Of a DNA stretch of 64,000 nt, positions 59,552-64,000 are shown one piece after another. Origin of the DNA: Squalus acanthias (Eukaryota); contig CM059426.1 of the NCBI GenBank assembly GCA_030390025.1, positions 189,534,001-189,598,000 of the forward strand, in the 5' to 3' direction. The position numbers and the translations under genes were made by a program. The notes under the pieces are model-generated. The model ran no database searches and was not told the DNA's origin. It saw only the letters and a list, made by a program, of their open reading frames with translations. Position 1 is the first letter of the stretch. Every line of letters starts with the position of its first letter.

Positions 59552-61205
59552 AATGGACTGAGCAGATTTGGCGGGCAGATAAGACCACTTCAATTTAATA
59601 TAATTGAAGGCCCGTTAAGCAGTTCGGGAGGGAAGGCAGGTCGAGACAAGTGGGTCATCAGCATCACACACACAGTCGAGTGTGGAGACAAGGAGCAACA
59701 TCACCGACCCAAGCCGAGCTGGAAGCGAGTCGGCATCGCTCACCACTCAGACACACCTGAGTCCAACTCGTGAAGATACCACCTCGACGGACCTCCAGCA
59801 ACAGTCCCAACACAGTCACCCGGAGCAACAAGCCGAAAAGCCACCGACGGCTCCACGAGGTCGACCGACACACTAGACAAGGCCTAAAACCATCGCGGAA
59901 ACCAAAGGCCTCACGAAACCAACAACCGCATATTACCCCCAACTGACCGGGTAATAGCAGGCCACCGCAACCAACAAAGACCAACTCAAGGGAAGAAAAC
60001 CCGAAGAACCGCAAAGTTTCCACTCTACAAACTACTCCTGACTTACCCCTGGGTAAGATTTTCCCAAAGACTCTAAACCCTATTGCTAACCAAAATAAAT
60101 TGGGTACTCACCGGATAAATCCAAACCGACATCCTACCGCATCAGCGGACTTGCGAAGACTGACCAGAGACGCAGGTGAAGTCCTCTACCGCGTATGGGG
60201 TACGGCAGACACTAACCGACATAAACAACAAACCCCAAAACCGCGATTTAGCCCAACTGTCAAAGGATTGGTGAGCATTATCCCTGGTCCTTCAAAGCCT
60301 AACTTAGCTGGTAAAGTGGGGTTGGGAGGGGTGAAGTATTGTTCTACTGTCATTTCCCTCGCTTGTACCGAAGTGTTCCCCACCTTTAGCGTGTTAAGAG
60401 TGTTATTATTGTGTTTTACCTTTTAATAAAGATTGAAGTTCTTTCATCAAACTCAGTTGTCTGCTGCACCTTTTGTCACAACCCCCAAATAAGTCCAAGG
60501 TCTAGAACCAAGGGAGTGGGAGTGATTCGAACCGCTCAAAAGTCAGAGGTGAAGCTGACACCAACCACCACCCCCTACAGGCCCAATTGATTTTGGTGGT
60601 CGGGCCTCATTTAGAACTGTTGAGCTGGCAGTGCTAATCATGTCTTTATAGGCAGCTCACCAATTGGGAGGGTGGGAAATCCGATGGGGCAGAAAATGAT
60701 CGTGGGCCTGCAGCAGCACCTTAAAGGGGAGGGCTGAACAAATTGGGGGTTAAATGGAGCAACAGATTTCAGTGGTAAGGAAATGTTATGTGTAAACACA
60801 GCAGCAAGGAGATGAACTTATGGAAGCCTTTAATGCTCAAAACTCTCAAGAGACTGAAGAAAGAAATGAGTTCCAGACCTGCTTGAAGCTTTCCCTGACT
60901 GTATTTAAGGATCCCTTTAGCTAGCGCTGTAACTGGTCACCTCCCGACCTCTATATTGATGGGTTGAGGAAGTAGCGGCAGCAGCATTGACTGAGATAAA
61001 ATGGTGTTGGGAGTCCTGACAATGTCAGTTGAACCCTAATTGAATATTTTAATTAGGCCCCAGCCTGCTTCCGGTGGGAGCACTGGCCGCCTAAATGCTC
61101 AAAGATCAGAATGGACAGTCATCCAGTGGTAAATCACCGATTTTCATCCCGCTACCACCCTGTTTACAGCCGAAAATCAGCCTCATGGAATGTTTTAGAC
61201 ACTCT

Positions 61206-61820
61206 GGGCTGGATTTTCATTGACCCGTGGAGGCGGGTTTGGAGGTGTGTGGGGGGTTAAAATTGCGAAAACTGGCGGGCGGGCACGAGTCCGCCTCCAT
61301 CCTGCCTCCACGCAATTTTCATTAAATCGTGTCTGCTGGTCCCGACTCCGTCCCGCCTCTAAGAGACGGGATAGGCTGTTAAGGCCCTGAACAAGCATTA
61401 AATTGGCTCTATAATGCCATTTTGAAAGGCCTTTGTGATTTTAACCCTTGTTCTACGTGAAGCACGCCTGTTCTGAAATACGATTGTGAAACCTGGCAGG
61501 GAGAGGGAGTGTCTCTGTCTCTGTCTCTCTGTGGTGGTGGTGTAAAAATATCTAGGAGCAGACTTAGGACTGCTGCTGCTCATTTTGCATCCAGGTCCTC
61601 TCACAGCAAAGGCCAGGCAGTCTCTGAAGACCTTCAATGCAGCAGCAATAATGACATCATCAGAGGCGACTTTCAGACTGAAAACACTAATTGGTTCATG
61701 GGTTCCCACATGCTGGAACTCAATTGCCCAATTAGGTGAAAATTGCATCAATCTCCCACATCCAATTGCAGTCGGGTGGATAACACGACCCCAACCCGCC
61801 CCAGTATCAAAATCCAGCCC
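61206..61820. mobile_element. Harbinger-type MITE
   Basis: Perfect 12-bp TIR GGGCTGGATTTT / AAAATCCAGCCC with TSD TCT. Confidence 0.8.
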
Positions 61821-61944
61821 TCTGCATAAATAGCTTTGTTTCAGTGCTGAACTGAATGGCAAGTCAAACTCAGGCCATCACATATGGCGCCAATTCCTTT
61901 TAAAATGAACCAGTAATATCTGAATGCACCATATAGTAGTATGT

Positions 61945-62697
61945 ACAATGTAGTAAACAATGAGGAGGATAGTAACAGACATCAGGAGGACATAGATAAA
62001 CTGGTAAAATGGGCAGACAAATGGCAGATGAAATTTAACGCAGAGAAGTGTGAAGTGATATATTTTGGTTGGAAGAATAAGGATAGGCAATATAAATGAA
62101 ATGATACAATTTAAAAAGGGGTGCAGGAACTGGGAGACCAGGGGTGAAAGTACACACATCTTTGAAGGTGGCAGGACAAGTTGAGAAGGCTGTTAAGGCC
62201 TTAGAGAGAGGGTGCGGAAGAGATTTACTAGAATGGTATCCGGGATGAGGGACTTCAGTTATGTGGCAAAACTGGAGAACCTGGGTTTGTTCTCCTTGGA
62301 GCAGAGCAGGTTAAGAGGAGATGTGATAGAAGTGATGAAATCATAAACTGTTCTGATAGAGTAAATAAGGAGAAAAAGTTTCCAGTGGCAGAAGGGTCGG
62401 GAACCAGAGGACACAGATTTAAGGTGATTGGCAAAAGAACCTGAGGCAAGATGAGCTAACATTTTTATACACTGTGAGTTGTGATCTGGAATGCAGTGCC
62501 TGAAAGGGTAGTAGAAGCAGATTCAGCAGTAACTTTCAAAAGAGAATTGGATAAATACTTGAAGGGAAAAAATTTGCAGAGCTATGGGGAAAGAGCGGGG
62601 GAGTGGGACTAGTTGGATAGCTCTGGCAAAGAGCCGGCACAGGCACGATGGCCCGAATGGCCTCTTTCCTTGCTGTATCATTCTGTGATTCTATGAT
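61945..62697 (+). mobile_element. Older CR1 3' fragment
   Basis: WADKWQMKFNAEKCEV remnant, CR1 3' UTR and ATTCTATG tail. Confidence 0.85.
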
Positions 62698-63284
62698 ATA
62701 GCATTTGTCAAAGTAGTTTCCTGTGCATCAAGACGAGGCTGTTGATTTCTGTGCCTGGGGTTAAAGTGCATGCACACATCTGATGCACCTGGAGGCAATC
62801 ATCAGCACAAGTGGTTCAGAAGGCATCCTCTGATTTCATTTTGCCAGAGGTAAAAGAAAAATAGCTGTATTTACTGATATATGAATCAGACAAACAGATG
62901 CAGGTCTGCAGGCAACACATCACATGTTGCTAGAAAGATGTGCGAGGGCATAATTTTTCATGATTATTTTCTCCTTCACTTCGTATGTAGAGTATGGTAA
63001 AAGTAGCACTGAGCGGTCGGATCGGATCGCATTCATTTATTGTATAACCATGTATTAGAAAGAGTATTTTGAAAGTTTTGTTTCAATTACTTCAGTTAAA
63101 ATTGCAATACAGACGTGCAACGTAAATATAAATGTTTATTAGAGGACCTCCTAAAGATTCTGTCATGTTAATAATGCTTGGCTTCTTGTTTCAACTAATA
63201 TTTGGATATACATGTGAAAAACAAGACGCAAGCTGTTATCTTGTGATAGCAGATTTATGTGATATCTTGTGCAGTTAGAAAGAA

Positions 63285-63395
63285 AAGAAATACTTGCATT
63301 TATAAAGCACCTTTCATGACCTCAGGACATCACAAAGCGCTTTACAGCTAATTATATACTTTTGAAGTGTAGTCACTGTTGCAATGTCGGAAACT
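63285..63395 (-). mobile_element. SINE/L2-type 3' tail fragment (further pieces at about 44710-44810 and 63840-64000)
   Basis: Reverse complement of the SacSINE1-like tail. Confidence 0.7.
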
Positions 63396-64000
63396 ACAAC
63401 CTTTATAGTGCGTACAAATAGAATCATTAAAAGAGAACATTGATGTACACAGAGAAAAATACACATCTTCATGTACAATTTTCTGAGATCCCATGCCATA
63501 GGTATGGCCTGACACACAGCCATCATAAAATCGCATTTACATTGTCTATGATTAAGTCACGGGAAGTGCAAATGCGATTCTCCAATAAGCTGCCCCTTGC
63601 ACGTGAGGCCCGGCTGATGGCATGTGGTCTTAGAAAATCTCACAGCGAATGTGGGATTAATGCGCAAAATATTAATTTTACATTGTCAATGACCATTCAT
63701 TTCTGCATTTCCCTGCATCTTCAGCGTTGCCCATGCCACAAGTAATCACTTATTGAGAGGCGGGCAGACGCATTTCTCTGTAACTTCTCTACAACCAGAT
63801 GCTAGGAGAAGCGTTCAAGCAGGTCCGAGGTGATGTAAAAGAAAGGAAAAAGAACTTGCATTGATATAGCACCTTGTAGCATCCTCAGAACATCCTGAGG
63901 CACTTTATGACCAATTGCTTTTTTATATTGCAGTTACTGTCCTTATGCAGGCAAATATAATTTGCACACCGTAGGTTCTCAGAAACTGCACATGATCAAT

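Larger units (their letters stand above)
58782..60579 (+). mobile_element. Solo LTR, family A, carrying a 135-bp insertion
   Basis: Colinear with 24955-26610, TGTA...TACA ends, and (A)GGC duplicated at the flanks. Confidence 0.9.
58697..61184. mobile_element. Harbinger-type MITE interrupted by a solo LTR
   Basis: Termini AGGGTTGATTTT / AAAATCAGCCTC with ATG on both flanks. An inverted relative lies at about 35030-35600. Confidence 0.6.

Overview
Eukaryotic, repeat-saturated DNA, most likely from a cartilaginous fish (shark or ray). This is judged from HER1-like CR1 LINEs, a SacSINE1/Deu-type SINE, L2 fragments and abundant Harbinger elements. I find no intact host gene; most long ORFs in the track are transposon pieces. 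The window holds one full-length but inactivated two-gene Harbinger transposon (DDE transposase plus a spliced Myb/SANT-like gene), a second partly deleted relative, and many non-autonomous Harbinger derivatives with 3-bp target-site duplications (TSDs). It also holds CR1 and L2 LINE fragments, a CR1-group LINE whose 5' end is a tRNA-like Pol III head, three solo LTRs from two families, and SINEs, nested up to three levels deep. The most notable signal is two independent, TSD-flanked 135-bp insertions that each begin with a minimal type I hammerhead ribozyme of the Penelope-like/retrozyme type. Weaker signals are two decayed NACHT-like reading frames and conserved regulatory or structural motifs in the LTRs.
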